NCBI RefSeq assembly: GCF_001194135.2
Contig: NC_068981.1
Coordinates: 149,751,617 to 149,815,616, forward strand
Length of the DNA stretch: 64,000 nucleotides
Source of the DNA: Octopus bimaculoides
Taxonomy: Eukaryota
Direction of reading: 5' to 3'
Shown one piece after another: positions 38,115-51,638 of the stretch; positions within the stretch are counted from its first letter, which is position 1, and each line of letters begins with the position of its first letter. Below the pieces are notes generated by a model. That model searched no databases, had not been told where the DNA came from, and was given only the letters and a program-made list of their open reading frames with translations. Made by a program: the position numbers and the translations under genes.

Positions 38115-38640
38115 TTTGTATAACAGATTGCAGGATCGCATTTGTGATGTAGACGTTGGGCGCCGCACTGGTACAGTTTGATTGGCGGCACCCATTACCT
38201 CATCGCAACTGCGCTGTATGGGACATGTTTGCAGGATAGAGGGCCATACGATCCCAAAGGTAGTTTTCTGCGCTGAACTTCGTCAGGGCAGGAGGAGCCG
38301 TGGTTGCCAACAGTTTTAATACATGGATGTGCTAAAAAGACATATGAAATACCATGGTAGCTCTCCTGACATCTGCAGCACGATGAACGACACCGATCGC
38401 TGAAACTCATAAATCCAGTCATTGAAGGAAAAATAGCAGAGAAAATACGACAGAGCACACGCGAGGCGTCACTTGACATTTGAGTCAACCAAATTCCCGT
38501 GTAGTTGATTGTATCGTTGTTGCAGATCAAAAGCCAGCCTTGTGGCCCGCATGTATGCCTGCCAGATATCATTTCTAGACACAACAATCAACATCGACCT
38601 ACGACGGCCGGTCGACCACGATAACAAAGATATACAGACA
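38115..38640 (+). mobile_element. RTE-clade LINE 3' fragment
   Basis: SQLRCMGHVCRIEGHTIPKVVFCAELRQGRRSRGCQQF*YMDVLKRHMK (QLRW.GHV.RM...R.PK....EL..G.R.RG....Y.D.LK) and a terminal C..C.RSKASLVARMYAC zinc-finger remnant. Confidence 0.8.
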
Positions 38641-38784
38641 TATATAACGGATATTTTTGATACATACATACATGCATACTTACTTACACAAACGCATTCC
38701 TACCTACCTACCTACCTACCTACTTACATATATACGTACATACATACATGCATGCATGCATGCGCGCGCGCGTGTATCTTTCAT

Positions 38785-38948
38785 CTTTTGCTTGTTTCTG
38801 ATATCGGACTGCCATCATGTTGGGGTACTGGTTTCAAGCGTTTAATCCTGCCCAAGTATGGTACTTATTCTGTGCGTCCCTTTCGTTGAATTGCTAAGTT
38901 CGAGGGAAAAGCACGGCATAGAAACAATGACACACACAGACACACGCA

Positions 38949-39024
<76 letters not shown>

Positions 39025-39189
39025 TATACGACAAGCTTCTTTCAATTTTCTTCTGTCAAATCTACTCACAAAGCGTTCGTCGACCTGAGGTTGTAGTAGA
39101 AGACATTCGCCTAAATTTCCACGCAGTGGGACTGAAGCAGAAACCATGTGGTTACGAGGCAAACTTCTTTACAGAGCCACGCCTACGCC
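38785..39189 (-). mobile_element. tRNA-derived SINE family B with internal (CA/TG)n
   Basis: Head ccacgcagtgggactgaa..aaaccatgtgg, body cttctttca.tttc..tc.a.tcacaaag, internal microsatellite and tail tcttttgcttgtttc; diverged relative to 44696-45038. Confidence 0.75.
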
Positions 39190-39298
39190 TGGCGAACTTG
39201 TTAGCACACAAGCAAACCTCTTCCTCCATAGACAAATATATATTCTATAGATACAGGGTCTGCATGTATAATAAGTCATACGACATAAAATATTTGTG

Positions 39299-39506
39299 TA
39301 TCAGAGTGTATAAATACACGAAGAGAAAGCCATCGATAGGAATTCTTACATGCTAGAAAGGCCAGTCACTTAGTTCTTATTCATTCTAGTGCTCACATGC
39401 AACGTGCCTTAGGAATTGTTTGCGTGGTTTGGGTTGTGACTGCCCTTTCTAGCATGTAAGAAGTCCAATCAATGGCCTTCTCTTCGTGTATTTATACACT
39501 CTGATA
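39299..39506. mobile_element. Hairpin MITE with 71-bp terminal inverted repeats
   Basis: 39299-39369 (tatcagagtgtataaatacacgaagagaaagcc..catgctagaaaggccagtcac) pairs with 39436-39506 with about 5 mismatches; TA at both ends; 66-nt spacer. Confidence 0.8.
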
Positions 39507-39547
39507 AACACACACACACACACATATATACATTCGTACGTGTGTGA

Positions 39548-39642
<95 letters not shown>

Positions 39643-40107
39643 TACATAAATTTATCGATCTATCTATCTGCTTATGTATATGTGTGTGTCCCTCTTTATG
39701 TTTGTATTGTGCGTGAATACTACAAATTATATAACACGATTACGTGTTATCAAATGCCAGCTATGCGTCCAGTATTTCTGGTGTAGTAAATTCAGTTATG
39801 TTTTGTAAGTATCAAATATTCTTGTAACCCACGCGGTTGTGATAAGAAACACTTATCTCTTATTTTAATTTCACTCAGGTCTTTTAAAACTTAACACATA
39901 CATTGATTATATAATGCAGAAAAGATTACAGCAACTGTAATTGAAAAGGTTAATTATTTATATCAACGTGAAAATATCTTTAGTTGTTCTCATTTTTTAT
40001 CACTGCAACATGAGATTCTCGAGTTAGATTTGTTAAGTTTTGCTTAAGAAAAGAAAATTAATATATGTGTTAACGGTTTCAACCTTAAACATGCGAAACA
40101 TAGTAAC

Positions 40108-40141
<34 letters not shown>

Positions 40142-41345
40142 AGAGAGGGGGAGAATAAAATAGAGAAATTTGCTGTTTGCTCATAGATCAGCTTGCCAGT
40201 AGCAGGTTAATTATTTTAAAATTAACATTTTGTCATGCTATTCAAAATATAAATATTTTAAAGAAAACTCTTCCCAACGTAAATGAATGACATTAGAATG
40301 TATGACATCGTATTCTGACGGAATATAAAAATGTTAGCAGATGGACAGTAGCATTATCGCCTGCTCTACGGCATCACGTGAGATTATACGGAGGTAAATC
40401 CGGGTATCATATACGAAAACATTTATTATAGAGCATAACATAACATCTAAATTCGGAAATACTGACTGAAGGAAACCGATGACAACAAATCACTCGTAAT
40501 TCACCTAGAAGGAAGATATGTTAGATTTCAACAATAATCTTTCGCTATGATTCAGTTGTATATAAAAATCAATAAGTATATTCTTGATGTGATTTTACCA
40601 AGACATACAGACTTGGCACAATTTGCGTCATGGAATATTTTGATCTCTGTTTCCAACTGGTACCAAACTAAAAGTTATCAAAATTTTTGCAGTTTGACAT
40701 TGATAACTATTACGTGCCCTCGACACATTTCTTTGTTGTGCCTATTAATCTTGCTAAAGCTTATACTGATATTAAAACTTTGAAGTATATAGAATTTTGC
40801 AAGACTGCAAATTTTATTACAATTCGTACTGAAAAGAAGTACTCTCGGGATCATTTTGACGTCGGCTTATACGCTGCTGGCTTAATTGAAAGAACACATG
40901 TTATTTATCTATACATTTTCTTCCAGAAAAAGTGTGGTTTGAAAATGTAAAAAAAAGCCTGTATCAGTCTGAAGGTCTCTGCGTTGACCGATTAAGACCC
41001 ACAAATTAAAAACCCAAGAAAGTAGCATATAATATTCTTTTTCCCAAAAGTTGAGGATGCCAAATGTGTTTCCTGAATGGTTCTGTCAACCTTATGACTG
41101 AGTTCTGTTAACATAAACCTAACGAATCAGTAAACTACTGTATATCAGCAGATTTCCAATCACCCAAGGAATATGTCGAAATAATTTAATTAAAATGATT
41201 TCACTTAACAGATAGTGTTAGTTCCTACTATTTCGTTATAATATATTGACGCAAACGTTAACAGCCAGTTTAAAAAGCATATTTTATAAATGTTAAGCAT
41301 ATAGATGTATATTCTGGAGCATGGAAGTGGCGATTCACATAGTTG

Positions 41346-41390
41346 AGCCTTGTGAGTGGATTTGGTAAACGGAAACTGAAAGAATCCCGT

Positions 41391-41467
<77 letters not shown>

Positions 41468-41791
41468 NNNNNNNNNNNNNNNNNNNNNNNNNNNNNNNNN
41501 NNNNNNNNNNNNNNNNNNNNNNNNNNNNNNNNNNNNNNNNNNNNNNNNNNNNNNNNNNNNNNNNNNNNNNNNNNNNNNNNNNNNNNNNNNNNNNNNNNNN
41601 NNNNNNNNNNNNNNNNNNNNNNNNNNNNNNNNNNNNNNNNNNNNNNNNNNNNNNNNNNNNNNNNNNNNNNNNNNNNNNNNNNNNNNNNNNNNNNNNNNNN
41701 NNNNNNNNNNNNNNNNNNNNNNNNNNNNNNNNNNNNNNNNNNNNNNNNNNNNNNNNNNNNNNNNNNNNNNNNNNNNNNNNNNNNNNNNNNN

Positions 41792-41836
<45 letters not shown>

Positions 41837-42021
41837 ATCTATGTGTGTCTCAGTGGGGATTATTTTCGACTGTGCTTGACAACCGGTATCGGTGTTTTTA
41901 CGTCCCTGTAACTTACGAGTTTAGCAAAAGAACACGAAAGAATAAGTACGGGGACCAATTCGGTCTATTAAAATTATTCAAGGGGTGCCCCAACATGCAA
42001 GCAGTCTAATGACTGAAACAA
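41346..42021 (+). mobile_element. SINE family B, head-truncated, with gap inside the internal microsatellite
   Basis: agccttgtgagtggatttggtaaacggaaactgaaagaatcccgttg..(TA)n(TG)n..gcttgacaaccggt..tttacgtccc.gtaactta..aataagtac..gcagtctaatgactgaaaca. Confidence 0.75.
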
Positions 42022-42661
42022 TTGTCTAATTTGTTCCCGCGGCTCATATTTATCCTTATTATTCGCAGTTATCTCGTTGACGCTCTGCACATTAAATATA
42101 TTAGCACTAACATAACGTGCTTACAACGTTGTAACTATTGATATTTAAGGCATCCATTCAAATATGAAGGATGTTTGAGTCTTACAATTATCTTTACAAC
42201 TTGGAAATGTGAAATCAATAACCTATGGCGAAATATAAAACGTAACTGTCTGCAACTGAAAATAAAATTCCATGGTGTTAAAGAGGATGAAAAATGTAAA
42301 ACTTGAAACAAATATCTTTAGGAGAGACTATTAATAGAAAATAAAATGTATACAAAATAGCGTTCTATACGATGGAAAAAGAAAAAAAACATGCATACAA
42401 GCTGAAATATCAACAGAAGAAACACTTGCAATCCAGATCTGTAAGTGATAAGTGTTCTTTAAATTTAATGTTAGCGAACTATTAAGTGCGATTAAAAACA
42501 ACAAACAATCCCCTGGCCTTTCCGAATTAGTTCATTCTAATGCAGCGGACAGTAAACGAAACGAAAATGACGAAAACGATACAGTAAAGAACTGTATATT
42601 TCGAACTATGTACTAACAATACTAGGATTTGAACAGCATAACTGTACAGGCATACAAGTAT

Positions 42662-42786
42662 TCTTTTCTACTCTAAGAAAAAGGTTAGAAACTTTGGGGG
42701 AGGGCGCCAGTCGATAAGATCGACTCCAGTACACAGCTGGTACTTAGTTTATCGACCCCACCGGAAAGGATGAAAGGCAAAGTCAC
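42662..42786 (-). mobile_element. SINE family A, 3' part
   Basis: ttcttttctactcta..tttgggggagggcgccagtcgat..atcgactccagtacacagctggtactta.tttatcgacccc..gaaaggatgaaaggcaaagtc. Confidence 0.7.
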
Positions 42787-42859
42787 TAGTATTAGAAACA
42801 CTAAACTCTTTCGCGAGCAAGAAAACATATCTAAACAGACTATGAAACATTTGCAGAGA

Positions 42860-43560
42860 AATTCTCAAAATATGTGATATACAAAAGTTCAAAACTAGAG
42901 TTAATTCAGGATATTCAAAATACACGTGTTGCAGTCAATCGAATTGCTATAAATGGCAGCCAAAACTTCATTAAACCGGAGACTTCTCTCTCAGGAAGGA
43001 TCAATAAATTGGATTATATACACTGGGTATATTATTCTTGGAAAATAGACAGGATGAACATGGCAGGTGTAGTATTTACTAAGAATTTTCTGGAAAATGC
43101 AGATTTGAGATTGTTACCATAAAAGTAAAAAAGTAAACTTAAGAAAAAATTCTGTTGAAATACTTAAACTAGAAAGTTTGGGAGTAGTAAATTGATAATT
43201 AATCTATGAAACATATAAAACGCGAACACCGATTATATGAGTAAAATTACGTTCTCTTTCATGTAGTGTTTAGCACATTTCGATTGAAGGCGAAGTTGGT
43301 GCAAAGAGAGAAAGGTTATAAAATAACTACTGTAGCTAGGGCAAATATCCGGAAAGAACAAAAGAGGGTGTAGAAGTTGAGAAAATTGAAGAAAATATAC
43401 TGTTGGCATTTAACATACTAAAAAAAGAGCAACTTACCATTGGAGCCATTTTGAATAACCTGAAGTAAATTGCTGCTAGGACAGCAAATGAAACTGTAGA
43501 AAACAATAATTTAACGGCATTAGAACAACGTACTTGTCGATATGTTTCTTATTTAATTAC
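42860..43560 (+). mobile_element. Possible heavily decayed LINE APE-endonuclease region
   Basis: A-rich strand with remnants resembling GY..YYSG....GV.F and DFNAKVG (ttcgattgaaggcgaagttggt); no long open frame. Confidence 0.3.
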
Positions 43561-44695
43561 CGGATCATGCATAAGCACATAATGGATACCCTTCACATGT
43601 ATGGATCGTTAACAAAATTAGGTATTTTTCAGACTCATTTGATCATCTCAACAAAATGCTGAAAGCTCACTTATCTGATAATGGTGAACTTATCTTAAAC
43701 AACAAAATAATAGACATTTATTAGTTTCCAACAAAACCATGATTATAAGCTCCGGTCTCACTGAGTTATGTCAGTGCAAACTGAAAGGGCGCGCTTGAAG
43801 TGACTTTATATAAGTAATCAATCACAACTTCATTGATAAACTAAAATTATAAGCAGGATTTCTTCGCCATCTTGATTCCCTTTATTGTGAAACAGTTTGG
43901 TTAATGCATAGAATGTTTTTGGACTGAAAGATGGTTAATGCATAAAATTTGTTTGGACTGGAAGAGTATTAAAAGTACTGGCAAGTTGGACATATAATTT
44001 GAGATCCATGAATGGCAAATAATTTATGTGGTAGATAATTTTGAACGTTATAATAATTTGTGTACTACGGAAGTAAAACACTAGGTGGGAAAGATGTGTC
44101 GACGAGAAAAAATATTTTGAGATAATCGAAACATTACCTATGTGTCACTCAGATATCAGAAATATAACGTATAACACACTTTTAGTAGCAAACCTATGGG
44201 TTTCGCATTATTCAATGCGAAATTAACAAACCCGACAGTGGTCAAACTATATCACAAAAGAATTGTAGTTAGGGACTGCTGGTTGTTAATAAACAGTTTC
44301 AAATGGTCATTACAAATTCTCTATTTTATAGAGGTGACTAAAATTTCTATCAGTGAGACACTGTTTGATTATTTGCGATGGTCTAAAGATTAGATACAGA
44401 ATTTGGTTAGCTCTCTGTGATGTTTGTGAATTAGGAACACGTGACTTATGAACGATAGCTGTGCCAAACTCTAAGTCCAGTGAATGTGTGAAGTGGTAGT
44501 ATGAACAACAGGTTGTCAGAATAGGTACAGATAAAGAAATAGATCATTCGTTTGTATGCGAATGATAGTAGGCTATATGTCCGTATTTATGAATGTGTAA
44601 ATATGTTTCTTCTTTTTTATTGCATGAAAATGTAAACAATAAGAATGAAGTGTCTTATTGATTTACTTATTGAGTAGTGTTTTATTCTTTCTTTT

Positions 44696-45038
44696 ACTCT
44701 TTTACTTGTTTCAATCATTTGACTGCGGTCATGCTGCTGCACCGCCTTTAATCGAAAAAATCGACCCCAGTACTTATTCTATCGGCCGCTTTTGTCGAAC
44801 CGCTAAGTTACGGGGACGTAAACACACCAACGTCGGTTGTCAAGCGATGGTGCGGGGTGAAAAACAGACAGACTCACACACACACATATACGACGGGTTT
44901 CTTTCAGTTTCTTTCTACCAAATCCACTCACAAGCCCTCGACACGAGGCTGTAGTAGAAGACACTTGCCCAAGGTGCCACGCAGTGGGACTGAACCCGAA
45001 ACCATGTGGTTGGGAAGCAAGCTGCTTACCACACAGCC
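44696..45038 (-). mobile_element. SINE family B, near full length
   Basis: Reverse complement reads ggctgtgtggtaagcagcttgcttcccaaccacatggtttcgggttcagtcccactgcgtggcaccttgggcaagtgtcttctactacagcctcg..gcttgacaaccgacg..gtaacttagcggttcgacaaaa..gcagtcaaatgattgaaacaagtaaaaga; A-box TGGCTGTGTGG and B-box GGTTCAGTCC. Confidence 0.85.
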
Positions 45039-45239
45039 AAACCTGTGGTTTTGTCCCAACGAAGGCAAACCACACATCAAATACAGTTAAATACAGAAAA
45101 TACGCGTCCGAGAGACGTCTTCTCCTCAAACAATCCAATATATAATAAAAATATATAATAAAATTAAATGAAAGAAACTTTTCAGATGACAATTAAAGTT
45201 GTGTGTCTTTCATTTAATATTGCATTAGTTCGTTATATT

Positions 45240-45990
45240 CATCATGTTTTTGTTAGTTTCTGTTAATGTAGGGACTTTTTTTTTTACCACTAAGCATAAC
45301 ATTTTACAAATTCACTTTGAGCCTCGTCTTCTGATATCTGTAGTTACGCTTGCTCTTTTTCCAACCTGCACACAGCTGTCTATGAAATAAATTTCTCTTT
45401 TATATTCATTAACATTCTTGAAGACAAAGAACAGATTTTTGTCTGTTTTATTCAGCGTTTCTTTTAACTATTTGCATTTGTCTTTCATAATGTCATTATA
45501 TTTCTTCTTTTTTCACTCCTGTCTAGTCTTGCTAATTTCTTTAACTTCATGTTAAGAATATTATGGCTGTAACTGATTACTGGGACAGCTAGAATATCGA
45601 TACATATTACCTTATTTTATGCATTTAGATATGTTTTTTTTAATAGTAATCTAATGAAATCTGTAATATTTCTTCCTAACCATTTGTATGTTGTACCCCA
45701 TATAGTTTATTGATTTCTAATTATTTTTAAGTCTGGGTTTGGTATAATTATCGTTGTTTCTTTATGTAACATGTCATTAGTAGGTTTAGAATTTCCCGTC
45801 TCATCAAAACTACCTTAACACATTTTTGCGAATCGAATTTCAGATTCTTTCCTTTACTGAATATGTGTAATTATGTAACAGTGACTCTAATTATTGCTGT
45901 CTGCATCATACAGCATGTGGTCGTCTACAAACAACAGATGATACACTGTCATCTCATAGATTTTGCATCTAAGTTCAATTTCTTGTAATT
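45240..45990 (-). mobile_element. Decayed R4/Dong-type LINE RT fragment
   Basis: MTVYHLLFVDDHMLY (HLL.MDDLKLY catalytic motif), YKWLG, and DILAVPVISYSHNILNMKLKKLARLDR (AVPV..YS..I..W...L..LDR). Confidence 0.6.
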
Positions 45991-46191
45991 GGTGCCAGTC
46001 CCATATTATGTTGTTTTTCTAATAGCGATAAAATTCATTTTAATAAATCATTGTCTTTTTGTCCTCGTTCCTGCATTATTTGTCATTCATTCGTCTGTTT
46101 AGAGAACGTTGTCAAAGATATCTGGTAAAGAAAGTTCTTTCTCGACTATTTTTGGTTATACTTTTACTCCTTCTTTTTTTACTTTACTAAA

Positions 46192-46342
46192 GGAGCACCG
46201 CCTTTAGTCGAGCAAATCGACCCCAGGACTTATTCTCTGCAAACTCAGTACTTATTCTATTGGTCTCTTTTGCCGAACCACTAAGTTACGGGGACCTAAA
46301 CACACCAGCATTGGTTGTCAAGCGATGTTGGGGGGGGAACAA

Positions 46343-46373
<31 letters not shown>

Positions 46374-46828
46374 CACACACACANNNNNNNNNNNNNNNNN
46401 NNNNNNNNNNNNNNNNNNNNNNNNNNNNNNNNNNNNNNNNNNNNNNNNNNNNNNNNNNNNNNNNNNNNNNNNNNNNNNNNNNNNNNNNNNNNNNNNNNNN
46501 NNNNNNNNNNNNNNNNNNNNNNNNNNNNNNNNNNNNNNNNNNNNNNNNNNNNNNNNNNNNNNNNNNNNNNNNNNNNNNNNNNNNNNNNNNNNNNNNNNNN
46601 NNNNNNNNNNNNNNNNNNNNNNNNNNNNNNNNNNNNNNGACGAAAGAACTCTGGCCGAAATAAGATTAAGATTAAGATTAAGATTAATGTAATATAAAGC
46701 TGAAAAAAAAAAAAATTAACACCAAATATACAGTGCGTGTGTTTTTATTGGCTAAACTGGCAATATGACCATCCCCAAGTACAACAACATCTGTTTCAAC
46801 ACACGATTTCACATAAAAAATCTTGCAA

Positions 46829-46867
<39 letters not shown>

Positions 46868-47018
46868 GACGGGCTTCTTTCAGTTTCTGTCTACCAAATC
46901 CACTCACAAGGCTTTGGTCGGCCCGTAGCTATAGTAGAAGACACCTGCCCAAGGTGCCACGCAGTGGGACGGAACCCAGAATTATGTGGTTGGTAAGCAA
47001 GCTACTTACCACACAGCC
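46192..47018 (-). mobile_element. SINE family B tail (46192-46383) and head (46862-47018) separated by a gap and unique sequence
   Basis: Both pieces match 44696-45038 closely. They may be one interrupted copy or two copies. Confidence 0.7.
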
Positions 47019-50000
47019 TTGCTCTTTAGAACCATACGAATGTTTATTTCATTCTGTGAATGTTTATGCCAGCAAGTAGTTATTTTGAGGGCGATCCTTT
47101 ATCACCAGCTACATTTTTCCAGTTACAGCATTTTAGCGGGGAAGAATGCAATTCATGTTGGCGTGCCTTTTAAAATTTCTTATATTTTTACTTTTACAGA
47201 GTAAGTTGCATTCCGTCTCATTAAATATTTTTGCAATCACTTTGCATGCGAATGCTAAAATTTTAACTCTAATTGTTTTCATTTTTTTTTTTTTTTGAGG
47301 GCTTACTGTACTGAGGATAGAGAGAAGGGAGAAGAAACAGTAACAATAAAGTTGGTTGCTGATCGATGTGGTTACTATCCCACCATTCATTCACATCATC
47401 ACTCACACTACTGATTGCTACCCCTAGGAGTGTAGAAAATCTCGTCTTGTATTCGGGACCAAAAGTCAACGATAAGAGAGTTCTTACACTGGATACAACA
47501 GATAGTACCAGCGAATAATCTCACAGTAATTAGTAGGTGAGGGAAAGATAGAAACATAAGCAGACTTTTGCCTTGGAATAGTCCCTTTGAAATATTTATA
47601 AAATTGGAAATAATCCCTCTATTGTGTGTTACAAGCCTGAAAGTTTTGTATATTATGTTTTCATGAGCCTTTTAATGGTAGCAGCTCTAAGGCAGCTGGT
47701 ACATTTAATAGTTGTCGTGACTTCAGTAGCCTTTCGTGTGAAATTAAAATATTATTTTAAATAAGCCATGTTGCCACAAGGCTCCTACAAAGTTTATATA
47801 CTTTAAGCAGCACAGCAGTATTTAGTAAAAAGTTGTTAAATGCACTCTCATGCACGTTTCTGCTAATCTTAGTTCACAGTAGTGTCTATATCATTATATT
47901 CGCAAACGCCTTGTAGAAATTTGGTTAGCTAGCTCATATAGTTCCGCTCATATCACTAAAACGGGCTACTGTGATATAAAATATTATGACTTCAAGTGTA
48001 ATCAATATTCAATTTTAATGTTATTTGGTCATCAACTTTTTATACAATTCTCGCTATTTTTCACATAATAAATTATCTTTAATAATTAACGCTTTTATAA
48101 TCAAAGAAATTACACCTCAGTACTTTGAAAGTCTCTTTTTAGTTTCATTACGGGCTCAAAGATATAAGCGATACTATGTTGAGAAGTAGATTCCGAAGGT
48201 ACTGCTGAAGATATATGGTTGTTGGATGGATTCCAATATATAATCAATCATTTTACCATCTTATGATTGATGGAAACGAAGATAATTGTAAGGTAATATA
48301 TTTATAACATTCATCTTGTTATTAGTTACGTAATAACATCTTCAGGACGGATAATTAAGGCGAGGCTATGACTGCAAATTGTAGTTCCTCATCAGAAATC
48401 TGATAGAAATAATGATAATAATTATTGAGAATTATACCATGTGAAGATTATATAGAAGCAACAGAGATTCGGTCATATTTCCAATCGAAATATTTTAACC
48501 ATTCAGCAACATTCTCCATATTTCGTCAATAGTTTTAAATTTATTACAGCCTGCTTTCAATTGCAAATCAACAGAGAATTGCAAGCCGTTTTAAGTATTT
48601 CCGGGTGCAAAGTCATGTAGGTTTTCGATTTTATTTTCATTACGAAACATGCTGCAGCATCATATAACTAATTTAATTGAATCATTTTCTGTTTGTAATA
48701 TAGCCAATATGCCCTTACAAATAGTTGTTTTAAATATGAGATATCACCCAAATTCATATGCAATTCGTTCATTTTCTCAGGTACACAGGACAACATATTC
48801 ATGCTAGGTTAAATCGACTCGCAATGTTTTACTGGCTGCAGCTTAAACCGCTTAGATATGTTTACTAAATTGGCAGAGACATACACAGTGGATCGATAAA
48901 ATGAATCATATATTTCCTGATATATAAACAAGGCAAGAATAAAGCTGCATGGAACGCAAAGAAACAGTGAACAATGCCAATATTTAGAAACACACCTATG
49001 TACATTCCATATATACAGACGCACGGATACACAAACATTGGTACACGCATACATTCACATATCAATAAGTTAGGTATATATGCACGTGTGTATGTGTGTG
49101 TGTGCGTGTACGCGCGCGTGCGAGTGCGTGTGTGTTTAAATTTATAAACAAACACACACACATATACGACATACGTATGAGACATGAAATTGCATGGAAT
49201 ATTTTAGAAGTCTTAGTTTTCTTCCTACGTTCAGATGAATGTATGCATGAATAATGAATCGCTGTATTTAGAGATACTACAAACCATCAATTGCATATGA
49301 CCCGTTCTTTTAATGTCTTATACGTACGCCCGTCAGGTAGTAATGCAATAAAACACTCACTAATATGTATGTACACTGACAATTATTATAGAAATAATAA
49401 TAATAGGCTTCGTTTACTTATTTGATTTTACGTTAAGGTGATTGAGTTGAAATAGGAGGTTGTAAAAAATATCAAATGAGTGAATGACAGTAGGAGAAGT
49501 AGAATGAATGTATGAAGAAGGATAAAATGTTTATCCGTCGCACCATTAACATAAGCTACTACAGTCGGATTGTTCTTTTAAAACAGCATGGATGTAGCTT
49601 TTCACTTTGGATAGGGAACAACAATCAAATGCACAGATGTGACAACAGTCGGCGCCTCAATCAACTGATGTTCAATGAGTTATCACCCTTGGCGACTTAA
49701 GCCGTCTATCTGTGATGGAATTTTTCATTGATCGGTTTGCCTTTCTCGCCTCCAGCTTGTTATGGTACGGAACACATAATAGAGATACCATAACTCTAGT
49801 GATGCTTGTATCTGAAGCTATTTAAAGTGGGGTAAGGCTTTGCACATTTTCAATCGCACACTCTGAAAAGTGTACGCATTTGATCGAAAGGAACTAGTCT
49901 ACTTCAATGGATGCAACGCAGTTGCAGGCATTTTACCTGCGACTCTCCTTCTTCTGTAAAAATCTCTCAATAAATAGTAGGGTGTCTGTCACTGCCAGCA

Positions 50001-51566
50001 TTTGGATGGTCATTGAATCTACATACATGCCGGGATGCATATATGCATTCAGTATACGTACATTTGTGCAAGTGTTTGAGTATTTTATATGCACGTGTGT
50101 ATATGTGTATACGACTTGTTTGAACACATTCTGTCCTACTAAATTTCCATCACAAACGATTAGTCAAACCGAGGCTACTGTAAAAGGGACTTGCCAATAA
50201 TGCAGAAAATTGGGATCTAACATGGAATCATGGCGTTAAGAATCAGATTCTTCATTACACGATGAAAATACATTGGTTCCAAATATTCGGCTTATGATTT
50301 GCAACACCACAGAATTGTATCGTTTGATCTCTTTTGTACGCTTAACGCAAGAATAACGTTTACATTCATCGTCTTGTTTACGACTTTGCATCATTATTTT
50401 TTGGTCTTGAAATCTGGAAATTTTAGTTTTAATTCTAAATTTGGCACACAAATATTTATGGCAGTATGAAGAGTTTTTGCTAACCAGAGAACTGGAGAGG
50501 TCTGTGTGAAATGAATTTTGAAAAAGTAATCGCTTACTAATTTCGTTTTGGTTTACTTGATCTCACTTTTGTCGATTGTTAGAAGTCATAAGATGTCATG
50601 GTCATTGATTAAGATTTCATACTATGCTTTGCAGAAAACTACTGTTAAGCAGTTGCCATCAATTCAATCTCATTCACAGTAAGACCATTAGTAATAACAC
50701 AATTTCAGCTAAACGATCTAGATTTCCAGAGAAGGATTTGATGAAATATCTAAACTGTATCATCAAAATCCTTACCGTATATGTACTTCCTACAAGCAAG
50801 CCACTTTCCTGAGTAGATTGTATTTTATAAGTCACGTCTGAAGTATGTATGTTTTATTAAGTATCAAATAAGATTATTATCACCGTAATTAAAGATATAC
50901 GTATGCTTAAAAATAAAACAAGATACACTAAATGTCTTCAGTATACAATTCAGGTGAGTTCTATGAATGTTTACAGAAAGTTTATAAGCGTGTGTATGGT
51001 ACGGCATACACATACACAAGCACACAGGCAGAAAGGCAAACATACAATGTAAAGTGATCGAGCATAGAAAAATCCACGGTGTATGAAATTAATGGTCAAA
51101 GTGTTAATCCATCTTTTAACGTTATTAAGTTGAATTAAGGTTTTTTCATTAACGTTATTAAGTTTAATGTGTCCGTATAGAGACTCATTTAACTCTCGCG
51201 AAGTTGCGAGTTCTTAAATTTTCCATTGATAGTTATATGAAATAGCTGTAAAATTAATAAACCTTATCTGTAGAGAGTTAAAAAAATAACATACCAACGG
51301 CCATTCCCCTTACAATGTGGCCAGGTAAAGGTGCACTTACATCGGGAAGAAAATAAGACTATTTAAATGAGACACTATAAGTAATCATAAGCAAGTGATT
51401 TCACAGTCGACAGATGGGTATTGTTTACATTACAAAAACATTAGAAGGCTACAAACTAATCCAGACTTGTTTGTTGGCTTTCAACGTAAGTTAAATTTAA
51501 CGTACGACAGTGTCTTATAAAGCTAGATTTATATATCCTAAATTTGACAGAAAAATTTGTCATTGG

Positions 51567-51638
51567 GACAGTGTAGCTTAATGATAAAGCACTTCACGCG
51601 TAAGCATAGGGATGTGAGTTCGAGTCTCTTGGCTGACC
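51567..51638 (+). pseudogene. tRNA-like sequence (degenerate tRNA gene or SINE head; possible CGT anticodon)
   Basis: 72 nt: gacagtg-TA-GCTT-aatgata-AAGC-a...gtgag-TTCGAGT-ctc..ggctgac. D-arm and T-loop are intact; acceptor and anticodon stems are mismatched. Confidence 0.45.

Noticed and set aside
40687-40950. 87-codon ORF starting at a tttttgcag acceptor (FDIDNYYVPSTHFFVVP..)
   Set aside because: No recognisable domain and no convincing donor; kept only as a weak possibility.
43898-43965. 34-bp tandem duplication (also about 50 bp at 56171-56262 and 16 bp near 51111-51170)
   Set aside because: Two diverged units only; ordinary slippage products.
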